Source: Bacillota bacterium (lineage in GTDB: Bacteria > Bacillota > Clostridia > Peptostreptococcales > Anaerovoracaceae). Taken from it: 64,000 bases of DNA. Every line of letters begins with the position of its first letter. The first letter of the stretch is position 1. Position numbers and translations under genes: made by a program. The stretch covers positions 58,720 through 122,719 of the forward strand of contig JAQXQE010000015.1 of NCBI GenBank assembly GCA_029101005.1, read 5' to 3'. Below, in pieces: positions 35,158-44,652 of this stretch. Below the pieces are notes generated by a model that saw only the letters and a list, made by a program, of their open reading frames with translations, ran no database searches and was not told the origin of the DNA.

Positions 35158-35994
35158 CTACATGAAGAGCTCGTGCACGATAAGGAATGCACCAACGATC
35201 CACACATAGAATGAGAAAATCTTAAGGCTGTACTTACGTACAACTGTAATCATTACCTTGATAGCAAAAATTCCTGATACCAGTGAGCAAATGAATCCAA
35301 CGATAATAGGTCCCATATTTGTTGAAATAATTGAAGCCATGGCATCTGAACCACTCTCGAGCACGAGCGAGCCGAGTACGGATGGAATTGAGATCAGGAA
35401 TGCGAATTCAACTGCGAAGTCTCTATCAAGACCTGTGATAAGACCTCCGAAGAGTGTTGAACCGGATCTTGAGATTCCCGGAGTAATAGCTACACCCTGC
35501 ATTGTTCCGATAATTACTGCATGAGCCCATGTCATATCTTCAATGCCCTTACCCTTCTTCTTAGGCTTGCTCTCTGCAATCCAGAGAAGAACACCAGTGA
35601 GGAGAAGACCAACACCAGTTGGAATAAGGCTGTGATAGAAAGACTCGAAGACGTCCTCAAGTCCAAGACCGATGATTGCTGTTGGAATTGACGCGATGAT
35701 GATCATTACACCAAGCTTTCTTACTGGTCTTTCTTTGAGCTTGAGTCCCTTAAATGTCACAAGATCATATATTGTAACGAACAGTTCTTTGATGAGTGCC
35801 CAGATGTCGTTCCAGTAGATGATGAATACAGCAGCAAGTGTTCCTACATGCATCAGAATTGTGAAGATGAGGATTGAGTCGCCTTCTATTCCGAAGAAAT
35901 GCTGTAACATTGTCAGATGGCCCGAACTACTGATTGGCAGGAACTCTGCAAGTCCCTGAACGATTCCAAGAATCGCAGCATTTAAATAAGTCAA
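35158..35994 (-). CDS. uppP: Undecaprenyl-diphosphate phosphatase
   Basis: BacA-family motifs EFLPISSSGH and PGISRSGST; 278 aa polytopic membrane protein. Confidence 0.92.
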   Translation of the reverse strand: MTYLNAAILGIVQGLAEFLPISSSGHLTMLQHFFGIEGDSILIFTILMHVGTLAAVFIIYWNDIWALIKELFVTIYDLVTFKGLKLKERPVRKLGVMIIIASIPTAIIGLGLEDVFESFYHSLIPTGVGLLLTGVLLWIAESKPKKKGKGIEDMTWAHAVIIGTMQGVAITPGISRSGSTLFGGLITGLDRDFAVEFAFLISIPSVLGSLVLESGSDAMASIISTNMGPIIVGFICSLVSGIFAIKVMITVVRKYSLKIFSFYVWIVGAFLIVHELFM

Positions 35995-36062
35995 AATTCT
36001 GTCTCCTTTGTTTATATATCTAATTTATTTATTATACTATTTTTGTGCACCAAATTCAGCAT

Positions 36063-36093
36063 AAAAAAAAGATGCAAGCATTAGGCCTGCATC
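36063..36093 (-). terminator. rpmF terminator
   Basis: The minus strand reads GATGCAGGCctaatGCtTGCATC followed by T8. Confidence 0.7.
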
Positions 36094-36106
36094 CGTGTTT
36101 CCACTA

Positions 36107-36286
36107 TTATTCAGCGCTTACAACGTCCTTGCCGTCATAGTAACCGCAGTTTGGACATACTCTGTGTGGAAGCTTAGGCTCGTGGCACTGAGGACAAGTT
36201 GAAAGTCCAGTTGCCGTCTTCTTCATGTTAGCAGCCTTTCTGCTACTTGTCTTAGCCTGTGAAGTTTTCCTCTTAGGTACTGCCAT
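36107..36286 (-). CDS. rpmF: 50S ribosomal protein L32
   Basis: MAVPKRKTS... with a CPQC...CPNC zinc ribbon. The start is ATG 36286, 8 nt after AGGAGG; the track's GTG start at 36295 lies inside the SD. Confidence 0.9.
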   Translation of the reverse strand: MAVPKRKTSQAKTSSRKAANMKKTATGLSTCPQCHEPKLPHRVCPNCGYYDGKDVVSAE

Positions 36287-36340
36287 GGTCGACACCTCCT
36301 TATATATAAAATCTCAATAATTCGCTCATTGCACCGACTT

Positions 36341-36369
36341 ATTATAGTCTTTAATCAGATATATGTCAA
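36341..36369 (-). promoter_or_regulatory. rpmF promoter
   Basis: Perfect consensus on the minus strand: TTGACA, a 17-nt spacer, TATAAT. Confidence 0.7.
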
Positions 36370-36394
36370 TGCTTAAATTCGTTAGTTTCCAAAT

Positions 36395-37597
36395 TTATTC
36401 TTTGATAATCGGTCTCATCACTCTGTCCGAGTTAGAATACAGAGACTTAATGCACATAATATTATAGAAGTCCGAAGCTTTAATGTCCAGTTCTAACTGT
36501 CTTAATGCATCTCCTTCAAGTTTCTCCATCTCTTTGTTGATATTCGTAATCACAGGGAATTCTGAATCTCTTAGATCTGCAAGAAGCTTGCGCCCCGCCC
36601 CATTGAAGCCGAGAACTCTCGCATACATAACATCCATATCAGCATCATTCCGTTTTATCTCAAGTACAGCCTGGGCGATCATTCGCGCAACTCGCGTATA
36701 TGTGTATCTCTTGGACTTCGCGAAATCAATCATCTCCTTAATTGAGTCCGCACTAATAGCGGGTCTTCTTAATCTTGACGCTAGCCCCTCTCCACCTGAT
36801 GGTGTATTCTCGAGTTCTTCCTCACTCATTGAGATAACAGCAGCTCTTGCGAAGTTAAAGTAATTCTCACCCAGCTTGCTGATATTAGACTCAGCCTTCT
36901 TAAGCGCAACTGCAGTAAGTTCAGGCACGTATCCTCTTATATCTTCACCAGTCGAAACTGCCTGCCTGATACCAGTAGCACTCTGGTACTTCTCATCATC
37001 CTGGATATCATCGAGGTAGTCAGCGCCAATCCTCTTAATCGGATATACTTCCATATCTCCTGCGGCTCTGATGTACTCAATTGCGAGAATATCATTAGAT
37101 GAAGATAGTACAGAAATATCCTTCTCTATGTCTGGATCCGTATCTCCAAAGAGCTCCGTATAAGCCTTCTGTCTAGCAGCTGGATAATTCAGTCCAAGTT
37201 TTCTCGCTTCTGCTATGCACAAAGCGATGCTATCAGCATGCTCATCAAGCCTGCGAGCAATCTTTCTAAGAAGATCAGCATCACCGCATTCACTTCCAAA
37301 AGCAATTGCATCACAAGATGCTCTCTTTAGAAGATCTACTCCTGCAGAGGCATAACGACCAGCATCTGCGAGTACGCGAGAAGTTGGAATCTCGAGCACC
37401 AGATCAATTCCATATGATAATGCTAGTTCTGCTCTGGTCCATTTGTCGAGAACAGCTGGCTCTCCGCGCTGTACGAAATTGCCGCTCATAGCAGCAACAC
37501 AAATATCAGCACCACTTATGCGGCGCGCTTCTTCGATCATGTACTTGTGTCCGTTGTGGAACGGATTATACTCTGCGATAATACCTAGCTTCTTCAT
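36395..37597 (-). CDS. tmcAL: tRNA(Met) cytidine acetate ligase (YlbM/UPF0348 nucleotidyltransferase)
   Basis: GIIAEYNPFHNGH HIGH-like motif; 400 aa. It holds the conserved rsmD-coaD-...-ylbM-rpmF neighbourhood. Confidence 0.8.
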   Translation of the reverse strand: MKKLGIIAEYNPFHNGHKYMIEEARRISGADICVAAMSGNFVQRGEPAVLDKWTRAELALSYGIDLVLEIPTSRVLADAGRYASAGVDLLKRASCDAIAFGSECGDADLLRKIARRLDEHADSIALCIAEARKLGLNYPAARQKAYTELFGDTDPDIEKDISVLSSSNDILAIEYIRAAGDMEVYPIKRIGADYLDDIQDDEKYQSATGIRQAVSTGEDIRGYVPELTAVALKKAESNISKLGENYFNFARAAVISMSEEELENTPSGGEGLASRLRRPAISADSIKEMIDFAKSKRYTYTRVARMIAQAVLEIKRNDADMDVMYARVLGFNGAGRKLLADLRDSEFPVITNINKEMEKLEGDALRQLELDIKASDFYNIMCIKSLYSNSDRVMRPIIKE

Positions 37598-37616
37598 GCC
37601 GTTCTCTCTCGTATAA

Positions 37617-37641
37617 GAAAAAGCAGCACAAAGCTGCTTTT
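37617..37641 (-). terminator. Short hairpin plus T-tract after the coiled-coil protein gene
   Basis: AAAAGCAGC-acaaa-GCTGCTTTT. It is symmetric and lies only 20 nt upstream of the tmcAL start. Confidence 0.45.
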
Positions 37642-37664
37642 ATCTCTCTTTGTCGTGAATATCC

Positions 37665-38219
37665 CTATTCCTCTGAGTTAATATCGCTCATCTGTACTCT
37701 CTGCGCGAGGTTTCTCATCTCCTGGCGGTTGCCATTAACCTTGAGATTAATATTGCCTACCATCTCGTTAAAGTAATCCTGCATTGGCTGAATGTACTCG
37801 TTAGCAATTCCAGCGATGTCGTTCTGCATATCGAAGAGAATCTTATCTACATACTCGTATGCTCTGAGCTTCATATATCTTGAATGATTCTCTGCCTCTG
37901 AGAGAAGTGCATTAGCTCTCTTCTCAGCTTCCTTCTTGATTGCATCAGTCTCAACGAGATACTCGGCCTGATCCTTTGCGGCCATGATGATTTTGTTATA
38001 CTCAGACTTTGCATCCTCGATAATTCTGTTCTTCTCCTGTCTGATCCACTCAGCTTCCTGAAGATCCTTAGGAAGAGTAAGTCTGATATCCTTAATGATG
38101 CTGAGAGCAGTGTCTACATCTACCAGACCTTTCTCTGAGAATGGCATTCTGGATGATGCCTCAAATACCTCCTCAAGCTCATCGAGAAGTGTAATTACTC
38201 TTACATTTGCATCGCTCAT
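37665..38219 (-). CDS. Hypothetical coiled-coil protein
   Basis: 184 aa, highly charged and predicted all-helical. No catalytic motif was recognised. The coding call rests on ORF length, position in the operon and its RBS. Confidence 0.4.
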   Translation of the reverse strand: MSDANVRVITLLDELEEVFEASSRMPFSEKGLVDVDTALSIIKDIRLTLPKDLQEAEWIRQEKNRIIEDAKSEYNKIIMAAKDQAEYLVETDAIKKEAEKRANALLSEAENHSRYMKLRAYEYVDKILFDMQNDIAGIANEYIQPMQDYFNEMVGNINLKVNGNRQEMRNLAQRVQMSDINSEE

Positions 38220-38236
38220 TGTATGTATCCTCCCTG

Positions 38237-38722
38237 TTAACCTTTGATCTTTGTTTTGATAATGGATTCGGTGTATTCATCTACTAGACCTGTTACGCTA
38301 CCACCGAGCGTTGCTACTTCCTTAATCATAGAAGAACTGATGAAGGAATAGCGAGGATCAGTCATGAGAAAGACTGTCTCTGTACCCTCTGTATATAGTC
38401 TGGCATTCATCTGTGCCATCTGAATCTCATTCTCGAAATCAGAAGTCGCTCTAAGACCCCTGATTACTACAGAGAAACGGTTCGCGTTGACATAGTCTGC
38501 AAGAAGTCCCGAGAAGCATTCAACTTTGACATTCGGAATGTCTGCTGTAACTTTCTTGATGATGTCAACACGCTCTTCGATTGAGAAGAAAGGACGCTTG
38601 CTTACATTAACAATTACCGCTACTGTGAGTGAATCATACATCTTCGCAGCTCTGCGTATTATGTTGAGATGTCCATTTGTAATTGGATCAAATGATCCTG
38701 CATATACAGCTGTTTTGCTCAT
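38237..38722 (-). CDS. coaD: Phosphopantetheine adenylyltransferase
   Basis: AVYAGSFDPITNGHL motif. The start is set at the internal ATG (MSKTAVY) rather than the track start 38743. Confidence 0.93.
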   Translation of the reverse strand: MSKTAVYAGSFDPITNGHLNIIRRAAKMYDSLTVAVIVNVSKRPFFSIEERVDIIKKVTADIPNVKVECFSGLLADYVNANRFSVVIRGLRATSDFENEIQMAQMNARLYTEGTETVFLMTDPRYSFISSSMIKEVATLGGSVTGLVDEYTESIIKTKIKG

Positions 38723-38790
38723 AGATATACCTTCCTTCAACAAATAATTTTAGCAAAGAACCCTAATATCTTCAATAAACTAGAAGAAAA

Positions 38791-39327
38791 TTACTCTGCT
38801 ATGTACACATCGACACCGATTGTACCGTATCTCTTCTCCTTAATTCTTGAGAATCTGCCCATTGTTTCCGGTAATGGATTATCGTAAAGATGCTCTGCAA
38901 TGATGATGCTGCCCTCTTCCATAAGCTCATATTCCTCAACAAGCTCGAAAGCCTCCTCATAATATCCATCTCTGTATGGCGGATCCATGAAGATGACATC
39001 AACCTTCTCATTGATTCTTCCGAGGCACTGTCTGAAATCGCTGTTAGTGCATACTGCCTTATCTCCAGCCTTGCAGTTGTTGACATTATTCATAAGAACC
39101 CTAAAGTTTCTTCTGTCACCCTCATTGAAATAGCACTTAGCCGCTCCTCTTGATAGAGCCTCAAGGCCAAGTGAGCCAGAACCTGCGAAGAGGTCGACTA
39201 CAACAGCATCTGGAATCCACTCCCTTACCATGCTGAATACAGCCTCTCTTACCTTCTCTGTTGTTGGTCTGATTCCCTCAGGAATCTCAAGCTTTCTGTA
39301 TTTGTACTCACCCGAATTAATTTTCAT
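38791..39327 (-). CDS. rsmD: 16S rRNA (guanine966-N2)-methyltransferase RsmD
   Basis: SAM motif DLFAGSGSLGLEALSRGA and substrate motif FMDPPY. Confidence 0.88.
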   Translation of the reverse strand: MKINSGEYKYRKLEIPEGIRPTTEKVREAVFSMVREWIPDAVVVDLFAGSGSLGLEALSRGAAKCYFNEGDRRNFRVLMNNVNNCKAGDKAVCTNSDFRQCLGRINEKVDVIFMDPPYRDGYYEEAFELVEEYELMEEGSIIIAEHLYDNPLPETMGRFSRIKEKRYGTIGVDVYIAE

Positions 39328-39344
39328 ATCTATATGTATCCCTT

Positions 39345-41387
39345 CTATATTATATCGCTGTTATCAGTATCCGATCTGCTTGTAAGCCTGCGCTCTAGCT
39401 CGCCAAGATCCACTCTGATAGTACTGTCATTTAGAATTGCATCCGCATCTCGAATAGCTGCATTGAGCATATTCTCATTCCTGCAGAGGCTGAGGATTCT
39501 GCTCTGATAAGACCCATGCTGCATAGTTCCCATGATATCGCCGGGACCTCGCAGTCTGTAGTCCTCCTCGCTTATCTCAAAACCATCCTGCAGTCTTACC
39601 ATAGCATTCATTCTATCAGTAGAAGTCTGGCTTCTGCTGTAATTAATCAGATAGCAGTATGACTGAAGCGCAGAACGTCCAACTCGACCTCTAAGCTGAT
39701 GGAGCTGAGCCAGCCCGAATCTCTCACTATTCTCTATTATTATAAGGCTTGCGTCAGCAACATCAATTCCTACTTCGATTACAACAGTAGCCACGAGCAT
39801 CTGCACATGGCCCTCTGCGAAATCCGCCATTATCCTCTCCTTGTCAGCCTTCGACATACGGCCATGAATCAGAGCCAGTTTGTATCCCTTGAACTTCTTC
39901 TTGAGTTCATCATATAGCTTCTCAACAGATGTGAGTTCACCATCCTCGCTGTCAATGCTAGGGGCAACAACATATACCTTGTGTCCCTTATCCATCTCAG
40001 CTTTAGCTGCAGAGTATGCTCTGCCCCTTGATGCCTCATCAAGTGCCTTGGTGATAATTGGCAGTCTGCTCGCAGGCTTCGATCTGATAATGCTGAAATC
40101 CATATCGCCAAAAACAGTTGCGGCTAAAGTTCTCGGTATCGGCGTAGCTGACATAACGAGCACATTAACGGCCCTACCTTTTCGCACGAGAGACTTTCTC
40201 TGGTTAACGCCGAATCTATGCTGCTCATCTGTGATGACAAGGGACAGATTGTTGTACACTACATCATCAATTATCAGAGCATGTGTTCCCACAGCCACAT
40301 CAACACTTCCATCAGCAAGTCCGGCCAGAATCTCGCGTCTCTCCGTTGTCTTCATGCCGCTTGTCAGCAGTCGCACTTCTATTCCAAAAGCTCCAAGCTC
40401 TTCCTTGAGCTTGTGGTAATGCTGTCTCGCAAGTATCTCCGTCGGTGCCATAAAAGCCGCCTGGAAGCCGGCTTTCGCTACCTTGTAGATTGCAGCCTCC
40501 GCCACGACAGTCTTACCGCAGCCTACGTCTCCCTGTACGAGCCTGTTCATCGGACGTCTGTCTTCAAGATCGCGCTCAATATCCGTTAATGCCATAGCCT
40601 GACCTTCTGTCAATTCAAACGGGAGAGAATTGACAAATGGTGCTATGTCGATTGCCTCAATTGAAGCGTCATCACTATTCGAAGTAATATTGAGTCGATT
40701 CCTTCTGATTGCCAACTGATAGATCAGAAGCTCATCATATCCCAATCTATACTTTGCATACTTATATTCCTTCTCTCCAGCTGGGAAATGAATATTGCGC
40801 AGTGCAAATTCCCTACTGCAGAGCTTATTATCTTCAATTATTATATTGTCCAGCCATTCGATGTCTTCATTGAGAGAATCGAGGGCTGTTCTCACATACT
40901 TAGCAATTTCCTTGCTGCTCAAACCCTGAGTGCATCTGTACACAGGCTTAATGCCCCTAAGATCATTCTCGCTTCCACTAATTGCAATCTCTGGATTAGT
41001 CCAAACCGCGAGCCCGTTCCTTCTCTTCATTCTACCGAAGATCGCATAGGTAGAGCCTGTAGCAAGAGTATTCATAATATAAGGCATACTGAAAAAAACG
41101 GCACTGAAAGTACCGCCAGCATCCTTGAAAACGCACTCCACAATCGTTCTTCTACCAGACAGAGATCTAGAGCTTTTTCTAACGAGAACACCTTCAACAA
41201 GAGTATCTCTATCTTCACTTGCCTTGCTGCTGAGTACTGCCTGTCTTCTGTCCTTATATCTGACAGGATAATGCTCCAGCAAATCTGCAACAGTATGAAT
41301 GTCGAGCACTTCGAGGCGTTCTTTCTTCTTAGGTCCAACGCCTGCAATAGACGCCACGTCTGAAGTAAATGTAAGCACTTTAGCCAT
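39345..41387 (-). CDS. recG: ATP-dependent DNA helicase RecG
   Basis: Wedge/OB N-domain, Walker A GDVGCGKT, DEQHRFG box, and a C-terminal TRG-like region; 680 aa. Confidence 0.93.
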   Translation of the reverse strand: MAKVLTFTSDVASIAGVGPKKKERLEVLDIHTVADLLEHYPVRYKDRRQAVLSSKASEDRDTLVEGVLVRKSSRSLSGRRTIVECVFKDAGGTFSAVFFSMPYIMNTLATGSTYAIFGRMKRRNGLAVWTNPEIAISGSENDLRGIKPVYRCTQGLSSKEIAKYVRTALDSLNEDIEWLDNIIIEDNKLCSREFALRNIHFPAGEKEYKYAKYRLGYDELLIYQLAIRRNRLNITSNSDDASIEAIDIAPFVNSLPFELTEGQAMALTDIERDLEDRRPMNRLVQGDVGCGKTVVAEAAIYKVAKAGFQAAFMAPTEILARQHYHKLKEELGAFGIEVRLLTSGMKTTERREILAGLADGSVDVAVGTHALIIDDVVYNNLSLVITDEQHRFGVNQRKSLVRKGRAVNVLVMSATPIPRTLAATVFGDMDFSIIRSKPASRLPIITKALDEASRGRAYSAAKAEMDKGHKVYVVAPSIDSEDGELTSVEKLYDELKKKFKGYKLALIHGRMSKADKERIMADFAEGHVQMLVATVVIEVGIDVADASLIIIENSERFGLAQLHQLRGRVGRSALQSYCYLINYSRSQTSTDRMNAMVRLQDGFEISEEDYRLRGPGDIMGTMQHGSYQSRILSLCRNENMLNAAIRDADAILNDSTIRVDLGELERRLTSRSDTDNSDII

Positions 41388-41781
41388 TATGTCTTGTCAC
41401 CTCAATATTGCGCTCAATGATCTGCTTGGCCATGACACCTTTGATATAGGCAGTTATGGTCTTAGGTTTAGCTATGCTGAGTTTCTCAAATTCCGATTCA
41501 ATTGAATCGAAGAGCTCATTGCTAATTTGATTGATACTCTCACCAAATCTCGACAGCAGATATACTCTAACAGTTATCTCGTTGCGATTGTTAATCTTTA
41601 CATCAACAGCATTCTCCAGATCATCGATAGAGAACATCTTACGCTTGAGAGGCTTGCCTTTCTTATTGCATGGCACTACAAAAGCATCCATATCAGCAAT
41701 CTTGTCGACTACCAATCTGGCCAGAACATCCCTGTGGATATCGATTATTCCAAATTCATTCTCTGTGATTCTTGCTCCCAT
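41380..41781 (-). CDS. Asp23/Gls24-family envelope stress protein (YloU-like)
   Basis: 133 aa. It sits between rpmB and recG as yloU does in Bacillus and overlaps the recG start by 8 nt. Family assignment rests on position and general similarity only. Confidence 0.65.
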   Translation of the reverse strand: MGARITENEFGIIDIHRDVLARLVVDKIADMDAFVVPCNKKGKPLKRKMFSIDDLENAVDVKINNRNEITVRVYLLSRFGESINQISNELFDSIESEFEKLSIAKPKTITAYIKGVMAKQIIERNIEVTRHNG

Positions 41782-41803
41782 ACACCTATTATAACAATCT
41801 CAC

Positions 41804-41841
41804 AAAAAAGAAAAAAGTCTTAAGCATTGCTGCTTAAGACT
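41804..41841 (-). terminator. rpmB terminator
   Basis: The minus strand has a 10-bp stem, AGTCTTAAGC-agcaat-GCTTAAGACT, followed by TTTTTTCTTTTTTG. Confidence 0.75.
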
Positions 41842-41859
41842 GACTTCCGGATATATTCA

Positions 41860-42051
41860 CTAGATGGCACGGTTTACCTTGCCCGATCTCAGGCAACTAG
41901 TGCATACATTTGCCTTTCTAACTCCGCCGTTCTCGCTTACTCTTACAGTCTGAATGTTAGCGTTCCACTTTCTTCTAGAATGTCTGTTGGAGTGAGAAAC
42001 CATATTACCCGAAGTCTGACCTTTTCCGCAAACTTCACATTTTCTGGACAT
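41860..42051 (-). CDS. rpmB: 50S ribosomal protein L28
   Basis: MSRKCEVCGKGQTSGNMVSHSNRHSRR. ATG 42051 is preceded by GGAGG at 8 nt. Confidence 0.9.
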   Translation of the reverse strand: MSRKCEVCGKGQTSGNMVSHSNRHSRRKWNANIQTVRVSENGGVRKANVCTSCLRSGKVNRAI

Positions 42052-42268
42052 CTGCCGCACCTCCTTACTTAACAAAATCTTAAATGCGTTTCAAACACGC
42101 TCATTAAATATAACAGAACTATTATACCTTTGCAAGTACTTTTTTGAAGATATGTATCTTTATTTCTTCTTGCTTCTTCTTTAGTTTATCACAATTTAAT
42201 TGTATAATCATATATGTATGCATAGAAATATTGATAAATACTTTATTCGTAACTAAGGAATAGATAAT

Positions 42269-43756
42269 ATGTCAGGCAATATCCTCAACAAGATTGAACA
42301 GCTGAGCAAGAAGCAGAAGATTATTGTATCTATTATTATAATCACTATTATTCTGTTTGCTGCACTTGCAATATATAAGTCGAGCAAGAATCACCTACTC
42401 GACCGTAAAGAATATAAAGCCACTGTTGCTAATATCACTGAGGCATCTGCAAACTTCACATCAAATGAAGATATGCAGAAGTATATTACAGATTGGGCTG
42501 ACAACAAAGGTCTCAATTATTCAGTTGATGATGCAAACAATATCATCTTCGATAGAGATGCTTCAAAGCGTAAGAAAGACGTCACACCAGTTATCATCTG
42601 TGTCAGCTACAACTGGCAAACTGCCGAAGCTAACGCATACTCTCTCGCGACAGCTGAGCTCATCGCTTCAACGAAGCTGAGAGCTGGACGATATACGGTA
42701 ATCTTTTTTAACGACGAGCTGAACACTGGCTACGGATACAAGCATGTAAGCAAGCAGTATTTCAACGACAAGTCCAAGGTCGTATATCTCGATACTGGAG
42801 ACAAGAGCTATATATCTGTAGATTCTTTCAACTATACACCGAACTCGATATCAATCCCTTGCGAGTATGTACCTGTTAAGTGTGATTCCGCTGTAAAGAT
42901 TAGGATTACAGGAATTGAAAGTGGCACGGTTTCGGCGATGATTGGATCACAGCCTAATCCGGTTAACGCACTGAGCAATGTGCTGACTAAGCTTAACAAC
43001 AAGTCAATCATCTATCAACTCACTGATGTAAGTATCGAGTCACAGGGTAATATGTACCCTTCTGGAATTGAAGCGACAGTTCTTATCAATTCATATAATA
43101 TGGGAACACTCACATCATATCTCGATGAACGAATCAAGAAGTTTGAGAAGAACTATGGAGGAGATTTCCCTGACGCTACATATACATATGAAGTGATTGA
43201 CAGTCCCGAGAACTTCCCTGCAGAGGCATACTCTGATAAGGCGACTTCATCTCTTGGTATGGTTCTTTACACCATCAAGAATGGTGCATATAAATTCGAT
43301 AAGAACAATGTAATTGCTGAACACGAGGTCGATGAAGTATATGCGCTCAACTGCATTCACGATCTCAAATATGAAGACGGTAAGATTAAGCTTTCTATAG
43401 GAACAGCTGCTCTTAACGATGCTTTTGCTAAACAGATTCTGACAGAGAATGCTACATCCGCAGAGTTTGCAGATGCTAGCTTATCAGTTGGCGAGAAGCA
43501 GGCAGGCCTCAAGAATATAAGAAGCAGACTCTTCAAAGAGCTTCAGTTCGCTTATGTCAAGGTTAATGAGATATCATCGTCTAATGTGATTATCAAAACT
43601 AACACAGACAAGACTTTCATCCCTGTTGGCTTCCTTCTTGATGTTAACGATAAGCTTGATATCGTTCATCTTCGCCAGGAAGAGACAACAGCAGCAATCT
43701 ATACTAACACCCTGCTCTGCTTCATCAAGGACCAAGGTAACTTCCTTTCGCTGTAG
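42269..43756 (+). CDS. Membrane-anchored hypothetical protein
   Basis: 495 aa with a single N-terminal TM helix (IIVSIIIITIILFAALAIY) and a large extracytoplasmic domain. No catalytic motif was recognised. It is divergent from rpmB. Confidence 0.4.
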   Translation: MSGNILNKIEQLSKKQKIIVSIIIITIILFAALAIYKSSKNHLLDRKEYKATVANITEASANFTSNEDMQKYITDWADNKGLNYSVDDANNIIFDRDASKRKKDVTPVIICVSYNWQTAEANAYSLATAELIASTKLRAGRYTVIFFNDELNTGYGYKHVSKQYFNDKSKVVYLDTGDKSYISVDSFNYTPNSISIPCEYVPVKCDSAVKIRITGIESGTVSAMIGSQPNPVNALSNVLTKLNNKSIIYQLTDVSIESQGNMYPSGIEATVLINSYNMGTLTSYLDERIKKFEKNYGGDFPDATYTYEVIDSPENFPAEAYSDKATSSLGMVLYTIKNGAYKFDKNNVIAEHEVDEVYALNCIHDLKYEDGKIKLSIGTAALNDAFAKQILTENATSAEFADASLSVGEKQAGLKNIRSRLFKELQFAYVKVNEISSSNVIIKTNTDKTFIPVGFLLDVNDKLDIVHLRQEETTAAIYTNTLLCFIKDQGNFLSL

Positions 43757-43765
43757 GAGATATAT

Positions 43766-44581
43766 ATGAGAGATTCACTACTACTAGTAAATGATGTTAC
43801 AGGATACGGAAGGGTTTCGACTTTCGCGATGCTTCCTATTCTGACACAGTATGGTCTTCATCCCTATATTCTCCCTACTGCGCTCGTATCAAATACTCTC
43901 GACTATGGAACATCAGAGACACTTGATACAACAGACTTCATGCAGAGTGCTATTGCCAAGTGGGATGAACTTGGCTTCAGCTTCGACTGCATATCAACTG
44001 GATTCATCACAAATGACAGACAAGTTCCAATCATACTTGACCTGATTCACAAACAGGACAAGCCTTTCGTCTTTGTGGATCCAATCATGGCAGATGACGG
44101 CAAACTATATCCGGATATGTATCCAGGAGCAATCGAGTGCAACAGACAGCTCGCTTCAGTTGCGAACATCATTATGCCTAATATAACAGAAGCAAAGATT
44201 CTCACAGGGCTGTTTGAGGACAAGGATATTCTCAGCGATGATGAATGTCAGGAGCTGATTGATGCCCTGCGCGCCTTTGGTCCAGAGAAACTCGTTATCA
44301 AGGGTTGTGAAGATCATGATGGCAATACTTTCAATCTTATATATGATGCTGATAACGGAGGTATGATTAAGCTACCATATCAGCGCATTAATACAAGCTT
44401 CATCGGCACAGGAGATCTCTTCTCCGCTGTACTCATAGCCGAATATATGTCAGGCTCCAGCCTGACACAATCGGTTCAGGCCGCTGCCGACTTCATTCGC
44501 GCCGTAATTCTCGACAATATGGATGCGGAAGATCACTTCGATATTCATTTCGAGAAGACACTATCAGAACTGCGAAAGTAA
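43766..44581 (+). CDS. Pyridoxal/pyridoxamine kinase (ribokinase-fold, PdxK/PdxY family)
   Basis: VNDVTGYGRVS N-terminus, VDPIMADDGKLY, and the anion-hole motif GTGDLFSAVL. Confidence 0.7.
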   Translation: MRDSLLLVNDVTGYGRVSTFAMLPILTQYGLHPYILPTALVSNTLDYGTSETLDTTDFMQSAIAKWDELGFSFDCISTGFITNDRQVPIILDLIHKQDKPFVFVDPIMADDGKLYPDMYPGAIECNRQLASVANIIMPNITEAKILTGLFEDKDILSDDECQELIDALRAFGPEKLVIKGCEDHDGNTFNLIYDADNGGMIKLPYQRINTSFIGTGDLFSAVLIAEYMSGSSLTQSVQAAADFIRAVILDNMDAEDHFDIHFEKTLSELRK

Positions 44582-44652
44582 ATCGTATTTTACCAGATAG
44601 TACTACTCGTGATATAATATATTAGTTAAACAGTTTCTTAAGGAGGATAGTA

